64,000 bases of DNA, taken from the NCBI GenBank assembly GCA_014905635.1, contig CM026547.1, positions 806,001 through 870,000 on the forward strand, written 5' to 3'. Below, in pieces: positions 1 to 11,079 of this stretch. Position 1 is the stretch's first letter. Every line of letters begins with the position of its first letter. The stretch is from Scenedesmus sp. PABB004. Taxonomy: Eukaryota. Below the pieces are notes generated by a model. That model worked only from the letters and a program-made list of their open reading frames with translations. It was not told the DNA's origin and did no database searches. The translations under genes and the position numbers were made by a program.

Positions 1-2277
1 CGTCGTGCCGGGCCTTGTCAGCGCCACGGACGCGGCGGCGCAGCTGCTGCAGGCGCCGCCGCCGGGCACGGACGGCGTGCTGGCGGTGCCCGCAGGCGCG
101 CCGCTGCGGCTGCTGCGGCTGTCGACGGACGTGCTGCAGCTGCTGCTGCGCCAGCACCCGTCGTCGGCAGTGCGGGAGCAGGCCTATCTGGCAGGCCTAC
201 TGCCCTTGCTGCGCCTGCAGGAGCAGGCGCGTGGCGCGGCGGTGGCGGCAGCCGTCAGCGCCCCGCGCGCTCGCGGCACTCGCTCTCGCTGCCCCGCCGC
301 CGCGCCGCAGCGGCCGCCGCGCCCGTCGCACCCCACCGAGCGCCGCCCGGCCGCCGCAGGTGCTGGGCGTGGTGCTGGGCCTCCGACGCCGTGTGGCGGC
401 GGAGCACGGCGCGGCGAGCTACGCCGCGCTGGTGTTGTCCGGCAGCTGCCTGGGCCAGCCGGCCGTGGCGTCGGCGCTGCTGGACCAGCTGCAGCCGGCG
501 CTGCGAAGCTATGCTGCCGCCGAGCTGGGCGAGCTGCAGGTGCTCGCCGCGCGCCAGGCGCGCGTGGAGGGGCGCCGGGGCGACGCGGCCGGCGAGCTCG
601 CTGCGTGGGACCTTGAGAGCGCGCAGCGGGCGCTGGTGAGGCGCGGCCGCCGCCGACGCGGCGCGCGCGTGCGCGGCGCGGCGCGGCGCGGCGCGGCGCG
701 GCCGCCAGGCGGGCGCCCGCGCGCCCACACGACGCCGCTGCGGCGCCGCCGCTGCCCCGCAGGTGCGGCAGGTGACGCAGGTGAACTGGGGCCGGGACTT
801 CGCGCCGTACTTCACGCTGCCGGGCATATTCACGCGCATTGACGCGCTGCTCTCTGCCGCCTGCGGGCTGCGCCTGCTGCCGGCCGACGCGCCCGAGGCG
901 CGGCGGCGGCGGCGGCAGCGGCGGCGCGCGCGCGCGCGGGCGCGTGGGGCGCGCACGTGATGCACCTGGCCTTGCTGGACGACACAGGGTGCCCGGCGGA
1001 CGCGGCGCAGCCGCCGCTGCTGGGCCACGTGTTTGTGGAGCTCGTCTCAGGGCTCGGCTTTCCCAGCTGCACCCTGCTGCAGCTGCCGGCCCCGGTGCCT
1101 GCGGCCCAGGGGCCCGCGGCGGCGGCGGCCGCTGCCGTCGCGCCGGGGGCGGTCGTTGTGCGGCTGCCGCTCCCCGCGCCGCCGGCGCTGCTGCGCGTGG
1201 GGCCGGGCGGCGACGCGCAGGCGCCGCTCGCGCTGCCGGGGCCCGCGGCGCTCCAGGCGCTCCTGCACGAGCTCGGGCACGCGCTGTCCTATCTCTGCCC
1301 GCTGCGCACGCTGCGGAGCGCGCTGCGGGGCCAGCCGGCGGCGTCGCCGCGCCCCGGCGCCGGCTGGCTGTTCACCGAGCGCCCCGGCCCGCACGCGCTC
1401 TGCTTGCTCGCGGGGCCGCCGCCCGGCCTCGACGTGCGGGAGCTGAGCTCGCACCTCTTCGAGCACTGGTGCCGCGACCCCGCCTCCCTCGTGGTGCGCC
1501 GCGCGGCGGCGCCGCGCCCCGCGCGCCCGCCGGCGCCCTCGCCGGCCGTGCCCCGCGCGCCCCGCCCGGCGCCCTCGCCGCCGCGCCGGCCGTGCCCCAC
1601 CGCGCCGCGCCGCCGCCTTCCCGCCGGCCCGCCAGCAGGCGCTGAGCTGCCACGCGCGGCTGGGCGTGCCGATCTCGCACCGCGACGCGCGCGAGCTCCC
1701 GCTCCTGCTGGCCGCGTTTGGCGGGCGCAGCGCGGTGCGGCTGCACAACTCGATCGTCGAGGCGGGGGCCGACCTTTCGCTCCACGCGGGCGCCAGGGCC
1801 TTTGAGCAGAACGGCGCGGCTGATAGTCTTGGCGCGGCGGGCGACGCCGCGGCCGCCGCGGTGGCGGCGGCGCGGGCGGCGGCGCGCGCGCGCGCCCTGC
1901 CCGCCGGCGCGGCGCAGCTCGACGAGGCCGACGAGCTCGCGGCAGCCGGCCCCGTCGGCGGGGCCAAGGCGAGTTACGTCGCCGCCCGCCTGCTCGCGGC
2001 CGCCGCGTGGCGGGCGCTCGGCCTCGACGGCGCGGGCGGCGGACGCGGCGGCGGCGGCGGCGGCGCGCGCCTGACGGCCGCGCTGCTCGCGGCGGGTGCG
2101 CTTGAGCCGGCGCACCACGCCGTGCTGCGCCTGCTGGGCGCCGGCCCGGCCGCGCTGGCGCCCGCGCTGGCGGAGGGGGAGGGCACGGCGGGGCCGGGTG
2201 AGGCCGAGGCGGTCGGCGTGGCGGGCTGGGCGCCCGCGCTGGAGCAGCCGGCGTGGCAGGACCTCGACCTGCTGTGA
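1..2277 (+). CDS. Peptidase M3 family (oligopeptidase A / mitochondrial intermediate peptidase-like), 5'-truncated, spliced
   Basis: HExxH motif LLHELGHAL (~1260-1290) followed by DVRELSSHLFEHW, the M3 third-ligand motif. Introns 227-359 (GC-AG), ~636-762 and ~1493-1637. Apparent frameshift near 900-940. Stop TGA at 2275-2277. Confidence 0.75.
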
Positions 2278-2434
2278 AAAGAGCTTTGACGCGCGCCGCG
2301 GGCGTCGTCACGCTGCTGAGCCCTGCTGAGCCCTCGGCGCCGCCGCCCCCGCGCCGGTTGCCGCTGCAGCACCCGCTCACAGCCCGTGCACTACAGGTCA
2401 CCCTCCCCTGGCATCCCGCACACCGCACGAGCGC

Positions 2435-2435
<1 letters not shown>

Positions 2436-2487
<52 letters not shown>
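2436..2487 (+). repeat. (CAG)n microsatellite, about 17 units, intergenic or 5' UTR
   Basis: Directly visible run. Confidence 0.95.
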
Positions 2488-2490
<3 letters not shown>

Positions 2491-2585
2491 CGCCCGCCCG
2501 CCGCCGCCGCCGCGCCCGCGACGCCCGGTCCTCGTCCTGCACGCCCTGCACCCCCGCCGCCGCCCCGATGCGCCCGCTCGACGCC

Positions 2586-3449
2586 ATGCCGCCCAAGGCA
2601 CCGCCGCCGCCCGCGAGCGGCGGCGCCGCGGCGTGCTTCCCGCTCGCGCACGACACGCTGCGCGAGCAGCTGCCGGCGCTGCTCACGGCCTTCATGTCCC
2701 TCGGCTGGCGCGACCGCGCCGCCTACGGCGCCATCGTCGACCGCCTCTACGCGCCGGACGCGACCTTTGACTACCCTCTTGCGCGGCTCGACGGGCGGCC
2801 CGCGATCGCCAGCTTCTGGCGCCAGGCACGCCGCGCATCTCCAGATTCGCGCGCAGCTGCGCGGCGCGGCCCGCCGCTGCGCTAGCTAGCGCGGCGTGGC
2901 AGCGCTGCCACGCTGCCGCGGACGCCGCGCGCGCAGTTCCTCCTCGGCCGCGCGGCGCAGCGGCTCGACGTCTACGGCTTGCGCGTCGAGGTGGTCTGCT
3001 GGGACGAGGCGCGGCTGAGCGCGCTGGTGGAAATGGAGGCCTGGCAGGTCTGGGCGCCGCTGCGCTGGCTCGAGGCCGCGCTGGGCGTGCCGGCCTGGAA
3101 GGTGCGCGCTGCGGCGCCGGCGCGCCGCTCGCCGCGCGCCGCGCGCCGGCGCGCGCCGCGAGTCCCCGCCCGCCAGCAGGTCCACACGGTGCAGCTCATG
3201 CAGTTTGCCGAGGCCGCCGACGGCCTGCGCATCACGCGCCAGGAGGAGCTGCGCGACCAGTTTCTGTTTCTCGGCGTGCTGCCCTTGTCGATCGTGTCGC
3301 TGCGCACCGACCCCGGCACGCCCCTGCACGCCGCGGTCACGGCGCTGCGCCGCGCCGCCGGCCGCGCGATCGCCGCGGCGGACGCCGCGCTGAGCGCGGG
3401 CGAGAGAGCGTGGGGGCACGCTCGCGCTGCGTTGACCGGCGCGTTTTAG
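2586..3449 (+). CDS. SnoaL/NTF2-like fold protein, 3 exons
   Basis: LYAPDATFDYPLARLDGRPAIASFW and C-terminal LRITRQEE are typical SnoaL-like patterns. Introns 2826-2936 (GC-AG) and 3102-3179 keep the frame. Alternative ATG at 2568. Confidence 0.6.
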
Positions 3450-3708
3450 ACCTGCGCGTGCAACGCGGCGCCGGGGCATGCGACCCGCACCGCTGGCGGC
3501 GGTGAGTGGCACCGCCGGCCGCGTGGAGACGTAGTTGTGAGCGAGCGACCCAGCGGCGCCGCCGCCGCTTTTGAACGTCTGCGCATCGCCCCCGAGCCGT
3601 GCAGCGCCCACCACGCACGCCAGTTGAGACGCTGGGAGCCGCATCAGTGACAGCCGCCGCCCGTGCCAGAGCTGCGTCGCGCGGGGGAGGCGGGACAGCG
3701 GCAGCGCG

Positions 3709-4259
3709 ATGGCGCGAGAGAGCGAGCGAGGGCGCAGCCGGCAGCGCCACCCGAGCGGCCCCAGGTGTGTGCATGGCCCCCAGCTAGCGCGTGGGCCGGC
3801 CCGGCAGCAGCTCACGCGCGCCGCTGCTCCAGGGCGACGACGGCGAAGCGCTCGCTGCTCGCCGAGCTGGACCGGCGCCAAAGCAGGTGCGTGCCGGCCG
3901 GGGGGAGCCCCAGGGTCGCGGCCGCAGCCTCACCTCACCGCCGCCGGCGCGCGCCGCGCGCGCAGGTCGCCGTTTGGCACCTCGCCGCGCGCGCGCGGCG
4001 GCGCCGCCGCCGCGGCAGTGGCGGCCTGGCCGCCGGCCGGCGACGGCGCGGCGCTCGACGACGGCGCGGCGCAGCACATCCTGCAGCGCGTGGACGACTT
4101 TGTGCTGGCGCTGCCGCTCGGCGCCGACGCGGCCGCGGCCGAGGTCGAGGTGGCGGTCGCGGTGCAGCTGCTGGCGCTGCTCACGACCAACGCCCAGCTC
4201 AAGGCGCGGCTGGACAAGACCATGGGCGTGGCGGCGGAGCTGCAGGACCTCCTGGTGAC

Positions 4260-4292
<33 letters not shown>

Positions 4293-7200
4293 CGCGCCGG
4301 CGCCGCTGGAGGCGGCCAACGCGGAGTTGCGGCAGCAGCTGGCGGGCGCGACGGCGCGCCTGCTGGAGATCGAGGCGGCCATGGCCGAGCTGCTGAAGCA
4401 GCAGGCGCTGGGCGCGGGGCTAGAGTCGGCGCAGCTGCTCGCGGAGCGCGACGCCGCGCGCGCGGCCGCGGCCGAGGCGTCGGCAGCGGCGTCCGCCGCG
4501 CAGCAGGACGCCGCACGGTTGCGCCGCGCTCTGCTCGACGCTGAGATCGACACGCAGCGCGCCGGCGTGGCGGCGGACGCGTCGCGTGCCAAGGCGGCGG
4601 AGCTGGAGGCCGAGCTCGGCAGGGCCCGCGGCCAGCTCGCGACCGCGCGGGGCGGCGCGGACGCGGAGCGGCGCCGCCTGGCGGCGGCGGAGGCGGCGGC
4701 CGCGAGCTCGCACGCGGCGCTGCTCGAGGCGCAGGCGGCGCTGGCGCAGGCGCAGCTGGAGGGCGCGCGCGCGGCGGCGGACGCCCGCGCGCGCGTTGCC
4801 GCGGCGCAGCTGGAGTGCGGCGGCTGCGCCGCCAAGGCGGGCGCGCTGCTCGAGGCGCGCGAGGAGGCGCAGGCGCACGCGGCGCGGCGCTCGTCGCTGG
4901 AGCTGGCGCTCGTGACGGAGCAGTCGCGCTGCGCGGGGCTGGCAGAGGCGCTGGAGGCCTGCCGCGCGGAGCTCGAGCGCGCCGGCGCGGCGCGGGAGGC
5001 GGCCGAGGCCGAGCGCGCGCGGCTGTGGCACCAGCTGCACGGGCCCGCCTCGCCGGGCGGCGGCGGCAGCCCTGGCCGCGGCACGGCGCTCGCGCTGGCG
5101 TGGCGCCAGCAGTCGCCGCAGCGCGTGCCCGGCGCCGCCGGCGGCGGTGAGGGCGGCCTGGTGCAGCGCTGCGCCGACCTGGAGTCGGAGCTGCGCGAGC
5201 GCGGCGCCGAGGTGCTGAGCCTGCGGGAGCAGCTGCTCGAGCTCCACACGTCCGCATCGGACGCGCAGTCGGCCGCCGCAGTCGCGCAGGGCCAGCTGCA
5301 GCAGGCGCGCGACGAGGCCGCGGCCGCTCGCGCGGCGGCGGCCGAGTCCGCCGCCGCGGCAGCCGCCGCGGGCCAGGCGTGCGACGAGCAGCGCGCCGCG
5401 CTGGCGGTGGCGCAGCTGCAGCTCGCGCAGCAGGCTCCCGAGCTGGCGGCGGCGCTGGCGCAGTCGAGCAAGCTAGAGGCGCAGCAGCGTGTGCTTTTGG
5501 GCGACGCCACAGACATGCTGGCAGCCAACGCCGCCGCCGCGGCCGCCGCGGACGCCGCGCAGCGGCAGCTGGCTGAGGCGCGGGCGGCGCACGGGGCGGC
5601 CAAGGCGGCGTGGCAGGAGGAGCGGGCACGGCTGCTGGGAGACGCGGAAAAGGTGCGCCGCGTGGTGGCCCGGTCGGCCGGGGAGGGCGTCAGCTACGGG
5701 CGCCGACGGACGAAGAGGCTGCGCGCGTCAGTGAACTCACGCCGCTGCCATCCCTGCCGCGCGCCGCAGATCTCGCAGCAGCTGGCCGCTGGCGAGGGCG
5801 CGTCGGCGCAGGCGGCGGCTGACCACCAGGCCCGACTGGCCGAGCTGGGCGCCCGGGTCGACGCGCTGCACGGCGAGCTGGCGGCCGAGTCGGCGCGGCG
5901 CGCCAACAGCGAGGCCAAGGCCTGCGCGGCGCAGGAGCAGCTGTCGCAGCAGCTCGCCGCGGCGCAGGCGGACACGGCGGCGCAGCGTGGGGCCCTGGCG
6001 GCGGCGCAGGCGGCCGCCCAGGAGGCGGCGGCCCGGGCGGCGGGCGCAGAGGCTGCGCTCGCGGCGGCGCGCGCCGACGGCGCGCAGCAGCTCGCGGCGG
6101 CGGCGCGGGAGGCGCAGGCGCTCCGCCAGCAGCTGCTGGAGGTTCGCGGCGAGCGCCTGCAGCTGCAGGAGCAGGTCACCGCACTGCAGCGCAGCTGCGG
6201 GAGCAGCGCGGCGCTGCTGGAGTCGCTGTCCGCGGCGCAGGACGACGCGGCGGCCGCGTCGGCGGGCCTCCGCTCACGCCTGGCCGCGGCGCTGGCGGCC
6301 GAGCGGGAGGCGCAGCAGGCGCTTGCGGCGCTTGCATCCGAGCAGGACGCGCTGAGAGCGCAGCTTGCTGAGGCGCGCGCCGGGAAGGAGGCAGCCACCC
6401 GGCAGGCCGCCGCCGCGGGCGAGAAGCTCGCCGCCGCGGCCGCAGCGCAGGCGGCCTTGCACGCGCAGCTGCAGACGCATCATGACGCCCGCGCGTGCTG
6501 GGAGCAGCCGGCGCCTGGGGGCGCGCCGCCGCCGCGCTCGCCGGGCGGCGGCGCGTCGCGCGCGCAGCTCGAGCGCGCCGGCCGCACGATCGCCCAGCTG
6601 GGCGCGCAGCTCTCGGAGCGCGATGCCGAGCTCACCGAGCTCTCTGCGCAGCTGGCGCAGCTGGCGGACGACAACCGCGCGCTGGCGGAGCAGCTGCAGC
6701 ACGCGCCGGACGCGGCGGACAACGGAGACGCGGCGGCGCAGCAGGTCCACGCGCTCCGCCAGCTGGTGCGCCAGCTCAGCGGCGAGCTGGGCGAGAAGGA
6801 TTCGCGCCTCGCCGCCCTGGAGCGGGAGGCCGCTGACGCGGGGCGCCGTGCGGAGGCGCTGGCGGCGCAGCTGGGCGCGGCCACGGCGGCCGCCGCGCCG
6901 CCGCGCGACGCCGCGGCGCTGCAGCAGCTGCTGGCAGAGGTCATGCAGCTTAAGGCGCAGCTGGACGCGGCGACGAGGCAGCAGCAGGAGCAGCGCGCCG
7001 CGGACGGCGCGGACGCGGCCGCTGCGGCGGCGGCGGCGGCGGCGGCGGCGGACGCGGGCGCGCTGCAGGCGCTGGTCGCCGGCCTGCGCGAGCAGCTCGC
7101 GGCAGCGCACGCGGTGGCCGCGGCGGCTGCCGCGGAGGCGCGGGCCCCGCTCGAGGCGGAGCTTCGCCACCTGCAGCAGCACTTTGAGGAGGTGACGGCC

Positions 7201-8778
7201 GAGCTCCACGCCGCGCAGCAGCAGCTGCAGCAGCTGCAGCAGGAGCAGCGCGGCGCGGCGGCGGCGGCAGCTGCGGCGCTCGCGGAGGCGCGGGCCGGCG
7301 CGCAGGCGGAGCAGACCGCCGCGCTGCAGCAGCTCGCGGCGGCGCAGGGGCAGCTCGCGGAGGCGCGGACGTGCGAGGCGGCTGCGAGGACCGAGCTGGC
7401 CGCCTGCCGGCAGCAGCTGGAGCAGCTGCAGGCGCGGCTCGCGGCGGCCGCGCAGGCCGACAGCGCGCAGTCAGGCAGCGCCCTGCGGATGCAGGCGCTG
7501 CTGCAGTCCAAGGACAGGGACCTGATGGCGCTGCAGCAGGCGCTGCGGGAGCAGCATGCCGAGGCGCAGGAGCTGCGGGAGCAGGTGGCGGCGGCGGCGG
7601 CGGTGGCGGCCGCCGCCGATGTTAGCGGTGCAGAGGCCGCCGAGGCGGAGGCCGGCCGCCTGCAGCGGCTGCTCAGCGTGCAGGTGCACGGCGGCGCGAG
7701 GAGCAGCGGCGCAGCAGAGGAGGCGCCGCGCGTTGAGGAGGGCCGGCCGGCGCAGCAGTCGCTGGGCGCCGTCGCGCGGCGCTCGCTGGACGGGCCGGAG
7801 CTGGACCCCGCCCACCTGCAGCGCAGCCTGCACAGCACCACCAGCTGGCCCCGCGGCGGCGGCGGCGGCTCCGGTGCGGCCGGCACGGGCGCCAGCCGCG
7901 CGCTCAGCCTGGCGCAGAGCGTCGGCGGCGGCGGCAGCACCCGCCGCGCCAGCGGCGAGCCGCTGCGCAGCCTCAGCCGCAGCCCCAGCCGCCGCGCGGC
8001 CGCCGTGCTGGCGGCGGAGGGCCTGGACGCCGCGGCCGCCCGGCCGGGCGCTGGCGGCTCGCCCAGCGGGGGCGCCTCGCTCAGGCCCAGCTCCTCTCGT
8101 GCCTTCTCGCGGGTCAGCAGCAGCATCGGCGCCGACAGGCGGGCCAGCGACAACATCCGCGCGCCTGCCGCGCCCGCCGACAGCAGCAGCAGCGACGAGG
8201 GCGACGAGCCCGGCGGCGTGGGCAGCCTGGGCGGGCTGGACAGCCGGCGCTCGAGCGCGGCGCCTGGCGGAGGCGGCGGCGCCGCCGCGGTGCTGGCGGG
8301 GGCCAGCAGCGCGAGCGACCTGTCGCGCGGGCCCGCCGCCGGCGTGGGCAGCCTCGGCAGCGGCGGCTACGACGCAGAGCGCCTGCGCAAGAGCCTGAGC
8401 GCCAGCGCACGGGCCCCGCCGGCGCAGCGGCAGACGCAGCTGCTGCCCGCACCGCAGGTGGCCGGCGGCGGCGCGGCGGCGCAGCGCGAACGCGCAGCCT
8501 CGGACGTCGGCGCGCTCAAGCCGGCGCTGAGCCGGGCGGCGCGCGTGGCGGGCGTGATGGCGGCGGGCCGGGCGCCGGGGCTCAAGGCTGCAGTCAGCTT
8601 CCGAGACGGCGCCGCCCGGGGCGTCGCGGGCGTGGCGGCGTCCTCGTCCGACGAGTCGGCGCCCGAGCCCGAGGACGGCGCAGCGCGCCCGGGCGGCGGC
8701 GCCGAGCGCGGCGCCGCGCAGGCGGCCGCGCTGGCGCAGGCGGCGCGCCTGCTGCGCGGCTCGTCCGACAGCGACTGA
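3709..8778 (+). CDS. Large Ala/Gln/Glu-rich coiled-coil protein with Ser/Gly-rich disordered tail, function unknown
   Basis: Long heptad-like ORF. Predicted exons 3709-3764, 3832-3886, 3967-5652 and 5770-8778 have GT-AG boundaries and consistent phases. Confidence 0.75.
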
Positions 8779-9046
8779 CCTGGCTGGCCTGAGCTGGGGC
8801 AAGCGCTGGGTGTGACCGGCGCAGTGCCTCGGCCGCACCCGCAAGGGCCCAACTCGCCAGTGCTTACTCAGAGCCAATGGGCTCAGAGCTGCCAGCTCCG
8901 AGCGCTCCCCTCGACTCCCCCGTCGCTCTGCCCCGCTCACGAGCGGCACTCGCCACTCCCGCCCGACCACCGCTTCGCCGCGCTGGCAGCGCGCTTCCCA
9001 GCGTCGCCCCGCCGGCCGGCCGCCGTCCGAGCACCCGCGCCGCCCC

Positions 9047-10555
9047 TCACAGCTCCTCCTTGCTGCCCTTGTCGGGCGCGGCGCCGCTGCCGCCGAACGA
9101 GGCGAGGATGTTGAGCCGCCACTGGAACGTCTCGCGCTTGCCCGCCGCGACCGCCTTGTCGTCCGCCATCTTGCGCAGCCGCTTGCTCTCCTGCGCGGCC
9201 GGCCCACCCACCGCGGCGGCGGCGGCGGTCGGGCGCGCCCGCCGCCGCTGCGCGCGCCGCCACCGCGCGCCCCGGCCGGCGCGGCGCGGCGCGGCGCCCC
9301 CCACCTGCTCCACCCAGGCGTCGCCCTTGTCAATGACGCGGGCCATGACGCGCATGTAGTACTCAACGTAGCCGGCCGCGTCCGGGCTGGCGCCCGCGTC
9401 GACGCCGTCGGCCGCCGCCGCCGCGGCCGCGAGCAGCGCCTTGCGCTCGCCCGGCGGCGCGGCCATGAACTCGCGCGCCGCCGCGTCGAGCGCCGCGACC
9501 TGGCCCTGCGCGCGCGCGCGGGCGCGCGGGGCGCCGCCCGGCCGGGGGGCTTGGCGCGCCGCCAGCCGGGGCTCGGCGCGCCCCCCGCTGCTGCGCGAGG
9601 CTCCCAAACAACAGGTCGCCGCAACAATTCGCCACGCGCCGCGCCTTGACGCACCTTCACGCCCACGAAGACGCCCGTCGCCTCCACGACCCAGCGCAGC
9701 AGCTCGGACGCGCGCTTCATGTCGCCGTCGTAGGGCAGCGGCTTGGCCGTGTCGGCGCCCTTTTTGAACAGGCGGTACACGGGCCATGCGTCGTCCTTCA
9801 CACCTGTCAGCCCGTACCGCGCCTGGCGGGCGGGCGGGCGGCGGCGGCGGGCGGCGGGCGGCGGGCGTCGGCGCCGCGGCTGGCGCGGGGGGCTGCTGCG
9901 TGCGGCGGCCGCTGGCGCTGCCAGCAGCCGCAGCTGCGGCCGCCGCGGGGCGCGGGGCGCCGCGCCGGGGGCGGCCGCCGCCGCCGCGTGCAAGAAAGGC
10001 GCACCGAGAGCTTGGTGTTGACGGGGTAGGTCTCGCTGTTGCTGATCGGCACGCCCACGACCAGCAGCGGCGTGTCGCTGCCGCCCACGGTGGTGGCGAG
10101 CTCCTTGAACGCGTCGTGCTCGTCGCCCCACGCTGCGCGCGCCGCGCGGGGCAGCGCGGCGCTCGGCGCGGCGCCGCGCGGCGGCCGGCGCCGGCCGCGC
10201 CGCGAGCGCGCGGGGCGCTACTCACGGTACTCGCGGTCGAAGCGCACCAGCACGTCCCGGCTCCGGTCCACCACCTGCGGCGGCGGCGGCGGTTGCAGCG
10301 CCGGCCCGCCGCTGCCGCTGCTGCGCTGCGCCGCTGCGGCGCCGCTGCGGCAGCGCGCCTTGTCGAAGGTCATGTCGTCGAGGTAGATGACGCCCTGCGC
10401 GGTCGGCCGGCGGGCGTGGCGTCGCGAGCCCGCCCGGGCGCGCGGGCGAGCGGCCGAGGAAGGATCGTGAAGCGCGCGCCCACCTTGTCCGTGATGGCCC
10501 CGGCCAGCCCCGCCAGCGCGACCAGCGCGACCAGCGTCAGCGCGTGAGCCCTCAT
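9047..10555 (-). CDS. ERP29: ERp29-like ER-lumen protein (non-catalytic thioredoxin fold plus ERp29 C-domain), about 7 exons
   Basis: Signal peptide MRAHALTLVALVALAGLAGA, then GVIYLDDMTFDKVV...VLVRFDREYPWGDEHDAFKELA and YYMRVMARVIDKG...ESKRL...RLNILASF. Ends in the ER-retention signal KEEL. Confidence 0.8.
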
Positions 10556-11079
10556 GCTGGCGCCGAGCGGCGACGCCGGGTGCGCTGGGCGGGCTCGCGC
10601 GCGCGGGAACGGCCGCGCTGGCGCGTTCGCTGCGCGTGAGCTGGCGTGGGGCGGCGCGGCGTGGAGTGTGATTGCCGGCGGCGCGGGTGAGAGCACGCCG
10701 GTGATCGACGGCGCTGCGGCGGCACTGCGTCGTCGTCGTAGCGGCGGCGGTTCCCGCTCCGCCGTGCCGCAGCTCGCGCCAAGGGGCCCTGCGGCCGCGC
10801 CAGACGCACCCCCGCCTGCCGAAGCACAGCCGCCGACACGCGCCCCGCCCTAGCCGGCGAGGCAGGAGCAGCAGCAGCAGCAGCACCCGCGCCGCCCGCC
10901 CGTCCGCGCTCCACGCACCGTCGACCCGCGGCGCCCCGGCCTGTTCCCGGTCCCTCGCCATGCCCGGCGCCCCGCGGCGGCGCGGTGAGCCCGGCGGCGC
11001 GTGAGCCAGCGGCGCGGCAGCAGCGGCGGCGCCCGCGCCCGCGCGTCGCGCGTCGCGCGTCGGGCGGGCCCTCGCCGCC

